64,000 nt of DNA from Somniosus microcephalus. Its lineage: Eukaryota. Positions 37,810-51,339 of the stretch are shown one piece after another. The notes beneath the pieces are model-generated. The model was given only the letters and a program-made list of their open reading frames with translations. It did not search any database and was not told the origin of the DNA. The DNA is taken from positions 41,168,001 through 41,232,000 of the forward strand of contig CM126227.1 of NCBI GenBank assembly GCA_052327205.1. Direction: 5' to 3'. The stretch's first letter is position 1. Each line of letters opens with the position of its first letter. The position numbers and the translations under genes are program-made.

Positions 37810-38413
37810 TGATTTAATCCAACGTTTCAGAAATCAGCTACTGTGAACCAGCTCCCAGTGTTTACACTGTTAAATCTGGCTTCCTTTTTCCCAGTAGCAG
37901 ACTCGTAGGCAAAGCACTGAGAACCACCCTAGTCAAAATCACCATTGATATCTTCTGTGACTGCGATCACATTGTGTGACCTCTCTGTGGCATTCAACAC
38001 GGTCCATTGCACCACTTCCTACACCTCTACGGACCCGCCCTTGCACGGTTTCACTCCTACATGTCCAAAATGTGACCAGCGTATCTCCAGCAATGGCTTC
38101 TACTTCTGCCCCTGCACGGCCATCTCCATTGGACCACAAGGTGCCGTTCTTGGCCCACTTCTTTTGCTCATTTACCTGGTGTCCTTCAGTGTCATCATCC
38201 AAAGGCATAGGGTCTGTTATCATGTTTGTTGATGACTGTCTGCTCTACCTCTCCACCATTCCCCTAATTTCACAACTACCTCTGTGCTGTTGGACTGCGT
38301 GTCCCCAGCAAGTCATGGATGAGCCAGAATTCCCTCCCGTCTAACATTGGGAAGATCCAATCCATTGCATTTGGCCCCTGCTAAAAGCTCTCTACTCTTG
38401 CCACTGACTCCAT
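37810..38413 (+). mobile_element. Old L2 LINE RT fragment (continues at about 40300-40700)
   Basis: DLSVAFNTV, GPQGAVLGPLL, DD.LLYLS; the 3' part with FKIL..FY.SL and KTYLF resumes after the Harbinger insert. Confidence 0.75.
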
Positions 38414-40250
38414 AGCCCCGATATTAACCCGGAAATGGGAATGGAGTGTGCGAGGGCTGATTTTTAATGGCCTAGGCATCACTTAAATAATGTTTCACGC
38501 CAGCATCACACGTCTGGAGGCAGTCTGCCCATCCACATGATGCAATTTCCCAGCTACTACTTAAAGCCTCAGTCCGGCTCTGCGAGGGAGGCTGAGGGAT
38601 AGCAGTATATGGACATAGAGATTGGAGTAAAAAACCTGTTAAATGGCTGGAAAGAGAGGGAAGGTGGGCTCCCGATCCTCTGATGTTTCCCAGGAGCTCC
38701 TGCTGGGTGCTGTGAGGGCAAGGAGCGATGTGCTGTTTCCCACAAGTGGGAAGAACGTAAGAACATAAGACGTAGGAGCAGGAGGAGGTCATTTGGCCTC
38801 TCGAGCCTGCTCCGCCATTCAATAAGATCATGGCTGATCTGATCTTGGCCTCAACTTCACTTCCTTGCCCACTCCCCATAACCCTCGACTCCCTTACCAT
38901 TCAAAAATCTGTCTATCTCCACCTTAAATATATTCAGTGACCCAGCCTCCGCAGCTCTCTGGGGAAGAGAATTCCAAAGATTCACGACCCTCTGAGAGAA
39001 GAAATTCCTTCTCATTAAATGGTTATGCCCCCTACTTCTAGATTCCCCCACGAGTGGAAACATCCTCTCAGCGTCTACCCTGTCAAGCCCCCTCAGAATC
39101 TTATGTTTCAATAAGATCCCCTCTCATTCTTCTAAACTCCAATGAGTATAGGCCCAACCTGCTCAACCTTTCTTCATAAGACAACCCCTTCATCTCCGGA
39201 ATCAACCTCGTGAACCTTCTCTGAACTGCCTCCAATGCAAGTATATCCTTCCTTAAATAAGGAGACCAAAACTGTACGCAGCACTCCAGGAGTGGTCTCA
39301 CCAATATCTTGTACAGTTGTAACAGGACTTCCCTACTTTTATACTCCATTCCCTTTGCCTTCCTAATTACTTGCTGTACCTGCATGCTAACTTTTTGTGA
39401 TCATGTACAAGGACCCCCAGATCCCTCTGTACCTCAGCATTTTGTAATCTCTCCCAATTTAAATAATAATTTGCTTTTTTATTTTTCCTACCTCGCATAT
39501 TCCCACATTATACTCCATCTGTCAGATTTTTGCCCACTCACTTAGCCTATCTATATCCCTTTGGAGATTCTTTGCATCCTTCACACAATTTGCTTTCCCG
39601 CCTATCTTTGTATCAGCTGCAAATTTGGCTACATTACACTCAGTCCCTTCATCCAAGTCAGAAGAAACCAGCTGCCACCACGAAGAAGGCGTGGATAGAT
39701 GGTGGCTGAGGAAACGAGCAGCAGGATTGTGACACCAAGGTCATGGATCCAGTGCAGGAAACGTTTCAATTACTTGACTAGGTCAGGAAAGATCAGCACA
39801 CCTCCATCTTTACCCTCTTTTCCTACTAGACCATTCACATCACTTTCCTCAGCACCAAGCGGAACGGTTCAATGAATCACCTCTCATCTTGACTCCCACT
39901 TCCTCCTTTTACTACTGCCAATAACCCCATCCTTATCTCATCTCATCTGACCTGCACCCACTCTCATCAAACCTCCTGAATTTGCCTGTAGCCACTTTCA
40001 GCGTATGAGTTACATCCAGAGGAAGCACGCATCTTTGCCAGCCACTCATCGGACTATCTTACCCGCTTTGCAGGGGACAGGAGTGCAGAATGCTAGGGAG
40101 AGGGCCAGGAACAGTGGAGGACCACCAGACATCATTGAAGTGGCCCCGGCAGAGCAGGAGACACTGGAGATAAGCGGCACCTCCAGCATCTTGAGCATTG
40201 GTGAGGTTGACGGACCACCGCAGCAAGTTGGAACCCTCCTCCACAGCCTC
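38414..40250 (+). mobile_element. Harbinger-derived Myb/SANT-like gene remnant split by a CR1
   Basis: MAGKRGK...ELLLGAVRARSDVLFP (38642-38750), KKAW...PRSWIQCRKRFNYLTRSG (39661-39790), NARERARNSGGPP...EQETLEISG (40085-40180). Confidence 0.75.
38752..39660 (-). mobile_element. 5'-truncated CR1 LINE
   Basis: [42 protein letters not shown]; tail at the 38752 end. Confidence 0.92.
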
Positions 40251-42009
40251 ACTTGCCCATATCCTGTCCTGCTTGTCCATCATTTCAATCCTTACAAACT
40301 GTTATTTGCTGTTCCCCAACACACAAATTTCAAAATCCTTGTCATGTTCTACAGATCACTTGATAGCCTTGCCCCATCTTACTCTGACTTCATGTGATGT
40401 CCTCCCCTAATACCCTTCATTCCTCTAACTCTGGAGTCCCATGCACTCTCATTCCCTCCTTTCCAGAATTGGTGAGAGCTTTAGGAGTCTCAGTTCTACT
40501 CCCTGGAGGTCCATTCTCATACCCTCCACCCAACTTCCTCATTCCCAGCTTTTAAGCGCTGTCTCAAAAACCTACCTATTCAGCTCTGCCTTCAGCAGGT
40601 TGACCAACTCCCCACTTATGCTCACTATCTATTTTCACTCTTCTGTGAAGTATTTTGGGACAACTTTCTGGGTTAAAAGCATAACATAAATGAAAATCTG
40701 ATGTTATAATTTAGATAAATTTGAACTAAAGGAAATGAATGTTAAACATTACCATTTGAAATGACATACATTTCTTCAATCAAGACTAGCAAACGAGTTC
40801 ACTTGTAAGGTGCCTATCAAGCCATCCTGTCTATGTTTGCCACTTTATATGCTTCTGGGCAAGTGACTGCAGTTATTGGCAGCGAGATAGACAAAAGATA
40901 TTCTGGTGAGTTCTAGATTTAGCTGGGGAATAACAAAATGTTAGTCTCCAGTCTCTCAGATTTGTTTGAAATCATGTTTTCTTTAATTAGGGATGTTAGA
41001 TATTTCATAAGCTGCTTAGAGTCCAGGGATCGCCTTTGTATTGCTGTGAAGTTTTCAGAGTTTCTGTTCTGATTTATTATATTATAATGGGAATCACCTC
41101 TAATTTGAAATGCCACTGCTCCTTTGTATAGCCTTAAGGTAGTTGTTTCAGATTGTTTAGTAGAGCAACTTGTGAAATATAATATTGCTGAAAGTGGTTT
41201 ATGTTTGCCTTGGATGTGTGTTATAAATGATCTAATTCTACTCATCCCTCATTTCCTCCACTCTGCCATCAGAGGCTGATCTTTCAGTATCTACGCCCTT
41301 GATCTTCGGAACTTTCCCCCATCCCCCTCTGCTCCCCACCACCCACCCCCCACGCTCCCCAAGCCAGTTTGCTTTGTTCCGTATCTCCGTTCCTTCAAAA
41401 CTTTTCTCTTTGACTGTGTGGTCACCCCACCCCAATTTTTCCATTCTCCTGCTCGGCATTGTCATATTCTCTTGCTATGCAACATCCCTCCATTGGCTGC
41501 TGTGTTTCCCTACATAACAACAGTGACCACATTTCAAAAATACTTCATTGCCCTCAGAGCACTTTGGGACGTCCTGAGGTCGTGAAAGGTGCTGTATAAA
41601 TGCAAGTCTTTTTTCTTTTATTAATGCATGTTGCTGCAGTTGTTGTTGCAATTTGCTCAAAACACACTCAATTTAGAATTGTTAGGTGATCTAGCTGTAA
41701 TGTAAAAACCACTTTTTAGCGGCGACACTGGCCAATTAAAGCAAAATGGCTGTTGTGGTTGCCTACATATCAATTGTCACTGCACTTCAAGTTAATTCAT
41801 TGAATGTGGTGCGCTTTAAGTTCATTATATAATATGATATACTGTATAACATTGGGGTAATCTAGATAAACACATGAGGGAGAAAGGAATAGAAGGTATT
41901 GCTGATAGGGTCAGATGAAGGAAGATGGGAGGAGGCTCGTGTGGAGCATAAACACCAGCACGGTCCAGTTAGGTCGAATGGCCTGTTTCTATGCTGTACA
42001 TTCTATGTA

Positions 42010-43005
42010 CAGGAAACTTTGGTTTATCCGGAGGTTAACTGTCCAGAATGCTCGAGCCACCGGCAAAATTCAGGAGTCGGTTCAGTAATTTTTTTTTGTT
42101 TTCGTTGCTTTTTTTTCACCAGTCAGGCTCTGCAAGGTCTAGCTAAAGCTGTTGCTTAGTTACAGAGATGCTTGCAAGCTACGGCCGACTGTTTAGAAGC
42201 TGATCTCAGCCAATAGCGCAACGCTACCCGCTACCGCACTGCGAATAAGAAAATATCAGAGGGTGAGCCAACCAGCTCTACTCTCTTGAACTGCATGATG
42301 CTTAGTTACAGGAGGTGATTGGCATAGGTCTGGTTCCTGCCCTTTCGGTTATTGGAATAGTGCATAGTGTTTTGGGTGGACGGGCGGGCGGTGGCTGGTT
42401 AGAAGGAGATAATTTTAAAATGGTAATCAGTACACAGGTCAGTCATCAGGAGCTGCGTTTTTTTCAGACATTGAAGGCTAGAAAAGAACCGAAAGCATAA
42501 TACAGGAAACTCTTTGGTATCTGGCACTGACGGGACCGGTGTGTTGCCGGTTGATCAAAAATTCTGGATGACGGAGAGGGTTATCTACCGAGGCTATTTT
42601 TAACAAAGAAAAATAAAAAAAATCAAGAAATGTGCCGTATACAGTAATTGGGTACTCACCTACAGAATGTTGTGTTAAATGGATGGTGGAAGATGCTTGA
42701 TTAAGTACAGTACTGCTAGTTGAGGGTAATGCAATGCAATGACTACCAGCAGTGTGGGAGACACACACTACCCCTGTAAAATGGTGGATCAGAAGAGACT
42801 ACCGGCAGCGCGGGAGAGTCAGACTCCTGTTATTGAGGTGTTCCGACTTCCGACAGCGCCAAGAAGCTGAGTAGTGGCAGTTTGGAGAACTACCCCCACT
42901 GACTAACTCGGCCACTGCGGGAGACTCGAACTCGGCAACATTGCCGGTTATTGAGGTGTTGTTTTCGGAGTGGGAATTTTGCCGGTTAAGAGAGAATTCT
43001 CCTTT
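42010..43005. mobile_element. Cluster of pogo/Tigger-like MITE pieces
   Basis: TA|CAGGAAACT ends at 42010 and 42503; bodies match the 22055 element; TTGCCGGTTA subterminal motifs near 42940-42990. Confidence 0.65.
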
Positions 43006-43071
43006 CTACAGACTCCCAAGCCCCACCCTCTGTAAACTCTATATGAGGTCCCCCATCTATTTTAACAAAGA

Positions 43072-43405
43072 TTTTTATTTATATTGTGCCTATAACGGCC
43101 TCAGGATGTCCCAAAATGCTTTATAGCCAATGAAGTACACTGTTGTAATGTAGGAAAGGCGACAGCCAATTTGCGCACAGCAAGGTCCCATAAACAGCAA
43201 TGTGAGAATGATAAGATTGGCTGAGGGATAAATATTATTCAGGACATTGGGATAGAACTCCCCTGCTCTTCTTCTGAATAGTGCCATGGGTTTTTTTTAC
43301 ATCCACCTGAGAGGGCAAACGGGGCCTCGGTTTAGTCTCTCATCTGAAAGACAACACCTCCGACAGTGCACTCCCTCAGAGTGCTACCTTTGAGCCACAG
43401 CTGAC
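43072..43405 (-). mobile_element. Deu-domain SINE
   Basis: Reverse complement of the 36728 copy with a deletion in the head. Confidence 0.8.
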
Positions 43406-43807
43406 GCAAAGCAATTAACCCAAATGGGGCATTAAAATAGCAGGCAAGTGAATGCTGTACAACTCCATTAACATTGTTGTGAGTAGTGCATTTATTTTTT
43501 TCACCTCTGAAATATCATCCGCCTCCCACTGCTGGCATAATGAGACTTGATTTCGCCAGTGTTTTCCTTGCCAGCTTCTCAACTTTCATCCTCCACAAAA
43601 TACAACTCATTCAGAATGCATCCTTAACTGCACAAAGTCCCACGCTTACGTCACCCCTCTACTTTCCAAGCCGGACTGACTCCCCATACCCCAGTAAATT
43701 GATTTCAAGATCCTCATCTTCACTTTGAAATCCCTCTAAGGCTTCACTCAACCGCACCCCCCGCCCCGCTCAAATGATGCACATTTAAAAGAAAAATAGC
43801 TAATGTG

Positions 43808-44125
43808 AACATAAGAATTAGGAAGAGGAGTCGGCCACACAGCCCCTCGAGCTTGCTCCACCATTCAATAAGATCATGGCTGATCTTCAACCTCAATTCC
43901 ACTTTCCCGCCCGATTCCCATATCCCTTAGAGTCTAAAAATCTATCGATCTCGGCCTTGAATATACTCGGTATCCACAGCCCTTTGGGGCAGAGAATTCC
44001 AAAGATTCACAACCCTCTGCTTGAAGAAATTCCTCCTCATCTTAGCCTTAAATGGCCGACCCCTTCTCCTGAGACTATGCCCCCTAGTTCTAGACTCTCC
44101 AGCCAGGGGGGGAAACAGCCTCTCC
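43808..44125 (-). mobile_element. CR1 3' fragment
   Basis: GAACATAAGAA tail and CCATTCAATAAGATCATGGCTGATC 3' UTR shared with other copies. Confidence 0.85.
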
Positions 44126-46018
44126 GCATCGTGAAAGAACGATTGCTAAATACTTGTAGGATTCATCAATTTAACAGCCATTATTTTTCAGCTTTCTGTT
44201 AAATCTGTTGTTTTTTTTATTGTGCAGTAAAAGAAGATATGCCGGGGGAATGGAATAATAAACGCAGCTTATAATACAACTCTGGCTTGTGGTTAAATGT
44301 ACTGTAATGGTGAAATATTCTGTTTTAAACACAAATTGCAACCTGATTGTTAAGTAAATGCCTGCAGCAACAGGGGCAGATGTTATCAGTCAGGCTGTCT
44401 TAGTGCCTGATTTGGGAGAAGAGGCTGAGGCATAACACAGCGGAAGATTAATCAGAAGTTAATGATGATAGTTAGCTGGTTAGTACATTTTGCTCGCTAT
44501 GAAAAGCCCAATACATGATTTCAAAATGTGAATATGTGTGTCTCTCGCTAAAGATGTGGACCTTTTAGGACTGTGCCCTGTGACCGGTTCATACTACTGC
44601 TTTTTCCTAAAATCCCTGGTGGAAGGCGCTGCTCCTAGCCATAGGGAGAGTGTTCTCTCTCTCTCATCATCAAAGCACACAGCATGGTTTATTTTAATTA
44701 CCTGATGGAAATTCAAACTATGTAATCAGATTTTCAAACCGGGCAAACCATCAAGGCTCACAAAACCGTAACTTTCCTATCCAGCACTGGCTCACACCGT
44801 CCAATATCGCTCCTTCAACGCAGCGTTCTACAGGTTGCAATTGTTAAGTGGAGAATTCAATGCCATAACTCACCATGAAAGTAAAACACATTTTAAAAAG
44901 CCTCACTATGCTGGAGCTCTGAGGCTGAAAGCGAAATCGAAAAATGCATTTACAAAACTTTAAAGTCCAAACGCGCAAAGTTTGGGAAATCTCATTAATC
45001 TAACGAGCAATATAAAAACACATCTCAAAGAAAAGATTGTGTTTATATTGGAAAATTGTTGCCGAATCTGTCAGTAGAGATATTGGATTTTGATCTCATT
45101 AACACAGTGGACAAATGATAAAGCTCAGCATCATTTGCATCTAACCCACTCTGATGGAAAAACCTCCCACTCTCACCCAAATTAAGCTCTGGATAGTGTA
45201 TGGGGTAACACTTTGATTACTTTATTTCCGATTCCATTATGTTTTGCTCGCTTATTATACCCACAAGGACATTTCACATTATGAATGAAGTACCATGGAA
45301 AAAGACCAGTGAAACTATAACTCTGTAATTCGCCACAGATGTCCCAGTAATGTTCCGTGCACATCATTAACTGTTTTACTTACATTACTGCGGAAAATAG
45401 GCAAATCGCTCCCGGATGTCAGTAATTTAAAAGCAACGTGCTTGGGGTTATTGCCTATGTTACTTGGAACTTTAAAGGAAATATTACAAAATGAACGAGG
45501 CAGAGGGAACAATTGGCGCACCATGGCTGCCCTCGGTACCTCGGAGTTAGGAAGAGGTTCCTGTGCCAAATTGCTAATCAGTGACCCCTGCTAAAACTGT
45601 GCCTGTGTGGGCATTGGGTGATGACAGGACCCTGCTTGGTGTGATGCCCCCAACAGTCCAATAGTCTGCCAACATTTGCTATCAAGGCTTGAATACAAGA
45701 CAATGTCAAGACATGAAATAATCACCACTTGGCCAGCTAACGGAGGCGAACAGCGACTATGAACTTAACTTCAGCAAGGAGTCAACACTTTCAGGTGAGG
45801 AAAGGAGAGAAAATTGGCAAAGGATAAAAATTAAACAAGACTATCATAACAGAGATGAGCTTGATTGATTAATTCAGTGATCGACCCATGGTGTGGGTGA
45901 GTCATGAAGAAGTTAAGGGAGTGATTAAATGAGTAAGTAATTGAGTGTTTTTGGTGGGTGAGTGGTTGCTAGATTGTGGTATTGAGTGATTAAATCAGGG
46001 ACTGAATGATGCTCAGTG

Positions 46019-46131
46019 CATAATTAATCGGGACAACCAAATTTTAATTTGATTGGTGGAGGGCTATTTTAAAGGGTTATTGGGTTTTTGTCACCTTATT
46101 TGTGAACTTGTTTTTGGTCGAATAAAAAGAG
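46019..46131 (+). mobile_element. Very short Tx1 3' end with 22-bp TSD, inside a degenerate (GAGT/GATT)n satellite (about 45850-46945)
   Basis: TSD AGGGACTGAATGATGCTCAGTG at 45997-46018 and 46132-46153; GGACAACCAAATTTTAATTT shared with 17410. Confidence 0.8.
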
Positions 46132-46359
46132 AGGGACTGAATGATGCTCAGTGGGTGAGCGATTAATTGATTGATTGAGTGAGTGATTGAGTTATCAGGA
46201 AGTCATTGAGTTTTTGGGCAAAAATGTAATTATTAGCAGAGTGATTGAGATACTGGCTGAGTAACTGAGTTATTAGGGAGGGAGGGAGGGAGTGAGTATT
46301 TGAGTTTGTGGGGGAGTGTTTGAGTAATTCAGTGTTTGAGTGAGTGAGTAGTTATTGGG

Positions 46360-46810
46360 TATCAGCCTTGGCTCCTCAATGGTAGCACTCTCGTCTCTGA
46401 GTCAGAAGGTCATGGGTTCGAGCCCCACTCCAGCGATTTGAGCACATAATCTGGGATGACACTGCAGTGCAGTACTGAGGGAGTGCTGCACTGCTGGGAG
46501 TGCTATCTTTTGGATGAGACATGATGCCCCGGCTGCCCTCTCAGCCGGATGTAAACGATCACCTGGCATTATTTGAAGAAAAGCAGGGGAGTTCTCTCCA
46601 GTGTCCTGGCCAACATTACCCCTCAATCAACTCCAGTAAAACTGATTATCTAGTCATTTATCTCATTGCTGTTTGTGGAATCTTGCTGTGTGCAAATTGG
46701 CTGCTGTGTTTCCCTACATTGTGACAACACTTCCATAGTACTTCATTGGCTGTAAAGCACTTTGTGACATCCTGAGGATGTGAAAGGTGCTATTTAAATG
46801 CAAATTCTTT
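46360..46810 (+). mobile_element. Deu-domain SINE, full length
   Basis: B-box GGTTCGAGCCC; colinear with the 36728 copy. Confidence 0.85.
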
Positions 46811-49499
46811 ATCGGGTTGGGTGATTATTTACTGAGTGAGTATTTGACTTCTTGGATGAGTGATTGAGATTTTGAGTGATGTCTGAGTTCTTGGGTGAGT
46901 AAGTCATTGGACAATGATTTAATTATTGGGAGTGATTGATTTGTTCTCAGAAGTGTTGTGAAATATAGTATGGGCACCTGTCATGCACAGTTTCTCCAAA
47001 CTGATAACACCAGCTGTCCCATATTATATTCCAAAGCCATAACATCTACTCAAAAGGATCATAAGGTAGAGTTTCCTGCGCCAAGGCTCTGGTGCTAGGA
47101 ATCAGAAAATCTAGCCGACCATATAGCATAAAACCACTACTGTGCCAGCAAACATTTTAGATGGACATAAGGTGATTGCCATGAAAACAAGCCACAGGTT
47201 AATTTACTACATTACATTGAAATGGAGTCAGTGCAAATGTCCAGCTTTTTAGGACTAGGATTGGGGCTGGTTCTCATTTGCCCATTTGGAGTGAGCCAAA
47301 CAGAAGCTCCATGAGCAGTGGGGTTCTTATAAGAGCAGAGACTTTTTGGCCTTTTGTTTTTGTTTTGCAGTATGGTTTAAGTACAGGCTTCCCTTTCTTT
47401 TATTGGTATTTTAATGAAAAATATTCATGAAGTTTTTGGGGAGGTTCTTTTTTGCCTACTGCGACCCCATCACAGTATTTTGAAGTTAAAATGGTACAAA
47501 ATGAAAGACTTCGCAGGGAGATCGGCAGGTACCAGAGCTGGACTGCCACACCGATTAATTATGCCGCCAACCATATCTTTAGGGTAGACACAATTACCTG
47601 CCAGTGACCGAGAGAAGCTGACTCCTCAGGCCCCGGGTCAGCATAGAGCCGACTGCGGACATGTGCAATCTGTTGGCAAAGATACCCGGAGCTAACCTGT
47701 ACCTTAGGCATGCAACGCCAGTGATAGATAGTCAAGGTCACATCCTGCCTCAATATTTTTTGTCTCCGCCCAACCACCCCACAACCAGGTAAGCTGCCCT
47801 CTGTGGAGAGTGCCAACCATCCTTGCACCCACTTTATGCAGCAACACCCACAGTTCAGCTGCCATCAAACAAGGCATTTGGGTTCAGTGCCACTCCATTA
47901 CTTGGCTAGAAACTCTGTTTCCTACCACCACATTTATTTGATCAGTTACGGAGAATTATCAAGCCCTTTTTGTGCTCCAACAGCCTTCGGAAAGGCTGAA
48001 ATATATAGCGGAATTTTTTTTAAAAAAAAAGGTTTTTCCCTCTAAGGAGCAGTGGGATGTTTTTCTATATAAAGATGCTTTATAAATGTAAATTGCAGTC
48101 ATGTCCTTTTTTGCAGGCTAAAACTTTTATATCCTCATACAGCAGTTTAAAGGTAAGTGGCTGTATCATTTTAATTTTCCCAGCAGCTCTTTAAGGGCTG
48201 CTGACGCATGCAGTTTCCTGCCTTGTCCCTTTGGCAACTCCCAACACCCGGCCCATGATGGGTGGGAAGCTCGCCATGAATAAGTAACGAGGTACGGGAA
48301 ATCCTGTAGATGGGCTCTGCTGGAAATGGCAAGGTTTAGGTTGCTTGACAGATACTTCGCTGTTTTGTGGGGACCTACAGAAGCCTGGAGCAGTGCACAG
48401 AAGGGTCTGCAACAGACCTGAATACATTTGCAGGAGTATTTGTTAAAGTAATATCTGTGTTTTCAAAGAAAGTTTCCTATTTCTGTGTCTTTCTGTTCTA
48501 ATTGTGCTATCAAACATTTCATTACTATCACCAATTTTTATGTTACCACCCACTAACCAGCAACATTATTGCTTTTGTGATTTGTTGTTTTGTGTTGTAT
48601 CACATGACAGAAAGAGAGATTTTTATAAAATGATTAGGGCTATAATAGCATCAACCGAGAGCACATTTCCTGTAGTGACATATTACATGCCTGCAACTAG
48701 TGTAAACAAGTTATAGGTATTTATGCCATGATAAAAAATTACCTAGAGCTATATTTGTTCAGAAGGGTTAATGACCTATTTTATTGTCATTTACCATCTG
48801 TTAAAATAGTGGGTGTGTGTGGTTTTTAAATGGATAATTTCATACAGCACAGTGTTAGTTAGCAGTCACAACAAAAAGTTGTCACAGGCACCTGTAATAA
48901 TGATCCCTTAGTACCTCTCAAGCAGCTAACAAACTAATTAATTAGAACAAACGATGAACAGTTCATTAATCCAACTGTGAAATATGTTTAATGACTGAAT
49001 GGAAATTGAGAAAATCCTATTTTATCCCCAAGACCCTACAGATAGAAGAATCCATTCGGTTTATTAAAATGTATCACACATTAATACACGGCCTCCTCGC
49101 TAAGTGAATACAGATGTTTCTGTGCCTCAATGTGACTTTTTTAGAAGTAACCATTTGAGTTGAAACACAAAAGAAATTGTTAATGTTTTGGAAAAATAAA
49201 ATGGATCTGAGAATAGCTTATTAATTTTCTGGATAAATAAAATGGATCTGAAATTAAATAGATTACTAAGAGAAAATTATTTTTCCAAACATACCCTTCC
49301 AAAAAAACCTAAATCAGTTTTTAACTTCTCCCTCCATATTGTCATTTGAAAGAGATGTGGTTTATTCAATTGTTGTAATAAAATAGTCATTGAAAAAGCA
49401 TCATAATATAATCTGAGAACTCACTCATTAACTAAACCTATATCAACTGCACTATAGCGTTACCTGAATAGCCCTCAACTTCAAGGTCAAATAATGATT

Positions 49500-50165
49500 C
49501 ACTAGGAAAAACATTTTTACGCAGCGAGTGGCGAGGACCTGGAACTCGCTGCTGACGGAAGTGGTGGAAGCGGAGACACTCAATGTTTTCAAGGGGAGAC
49601 TGGATAGGCACTTGAGGGAAATAAACTTGCAGGGCTACAGGGATAGAGCGGGGGAATGGGACTGACTGGATTGCTCTACAGAGAGCTGGCACGGACTCGA
49701 TGGGCTGAATGGCCTCCTTCTGTGCCGATATGACTCTATGACTAGGTTGCTATCTGGTATGAGGAAATAAAAATAAAGAAACATTTCAAAATTGGGGCTG
49801 TTTCTTGGAATAGAAGAGATTCCAGGTTGATTCGATAGAGGTATTTTAAATTATGAAGGATGGGGCAGAGTAGATAGAAACAGACTCAAGTCATTGAGGG
49901 GGTCTAGAAGGCTGCATGCAAGAGATTTAGGACAGAGAGCAGAAGAAACGTTTCTACATAGAGGTTTCTGATGCATTACCAGATTTAGTTATTGAAGCAG
50001 AGGCCATATCAACATTTAAGAATAGTTTAGATAGGCGGTTGAAGGAAAACGGGGAAAGCACATGAGATTAGGATTACTGCCCGTGTGGACGATAAACACC
50101 AACGCGGACTGGTTGGGCCGAATGGCTGTTTCTATGTTGTAATTTCTATGTAATTCTCTGTATAA
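49500..50165 (+). mobile_element. Two tandem CR1 3' ends (different subfamilies)
   Basis: TTTACGCAGCGAGTGG...GAATGGCCTCCTTCTGTG with (ATGACTCT)n tail; second copy with (TGTAATT.C)n tail. Confidence 0.8.
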
Positions 50166-51339
50166 TATGGAAGTGGAGCTCTCCCAGGATTCACAGCTGC
50201 AGTGAAAGTGCTCTATTGAAAATAGGGGGCGTGTAGAGTTCATCAGAGCCTGTCACCAAGCTTTAGACTGTGGAAGCCTGCCTCCATAGCATGAAGCATG
50301 GAAACAAATGTATATGCTGAAAGAGCCGATTATGTATTACTGAGCGATACAATCCAGTATGATGGTCAGTGCTCCAATGAATACATTTACAAACTACAGA
50401 ATAACAAGGTGCCTGAATCAGTGAACAGATATTTGGGGGAAAATGGACTTTTTCTATTTTGAGAGCATTCAATTCTGCCACCACTGTGGTGATGCTTTGA
50501 AATCTTTCTATTCTTTAAGCTCATGAACACCAGGTCCGACTTGGAGTTCCATACTCATTTCGGTTTATACCCTCACCCCCTCCTTCCCCGTTTGTGCAGA
50601 AATTGATTATGGCAAGCTTTTAACAAGGCTTTAACAAGCAAAAGGCTGCTTTTCAAAAACTATTTGCTAATTTCTGGAAACCCATTTCCGGACAGCAAGA
50701 ATCCTTACGGCAACCATAAAATGGACAAACAGTTCATTACCACTTTCTCCCATACTGCACCAGTCTTAACACACAGCTAACATTAGCAAACAAGGCTTGG
50801 AGTTTCTCGAGGCTGGATCTTTGTCCTCTTGGGTAGCTGTTCTGTGTTTTCCCGCAGTATGGTTTAAGTCTGAAATTCTGGTTTGGCCATTGCTAGGATA
50901 CAACGTTCCTGTCTCCTTGGTAACTGTGAACAATCGCAGCATTGTGCCTCCTCAGAAGCTATTGTGGATTACAGTGGAAGTATCGAGATTGCAGCCTGGG
51001 TTCCTTCCTTATGAAGAAAGGATTCCAAAGGCTGTGCCCTACAATAAAACATTATTTTTAACATGTGGTAAAAGAACACACTTGCAGCAAACAAGAGTCC
51101 CGAGATTACAAGACTCCGCTCATGGCACACAGTCTCACTCGATGAGTGTGCCCGAGGTCAGAGTGCCTGATTTGTGGTGCTCCTAATTTCTGTTTTGTTA
51201 AAACCGATCTCGAATCTGCATTATTGTCAAGTAAGACTCCATGCCGGGAGCAGTCTCGCAGTTTTGGGGCTATGTTTGAATGCCTCTGCAGAATTTCACA
51301 CTGGTTTTTTCTATGATACATAAGATAAAATCAAGGATT

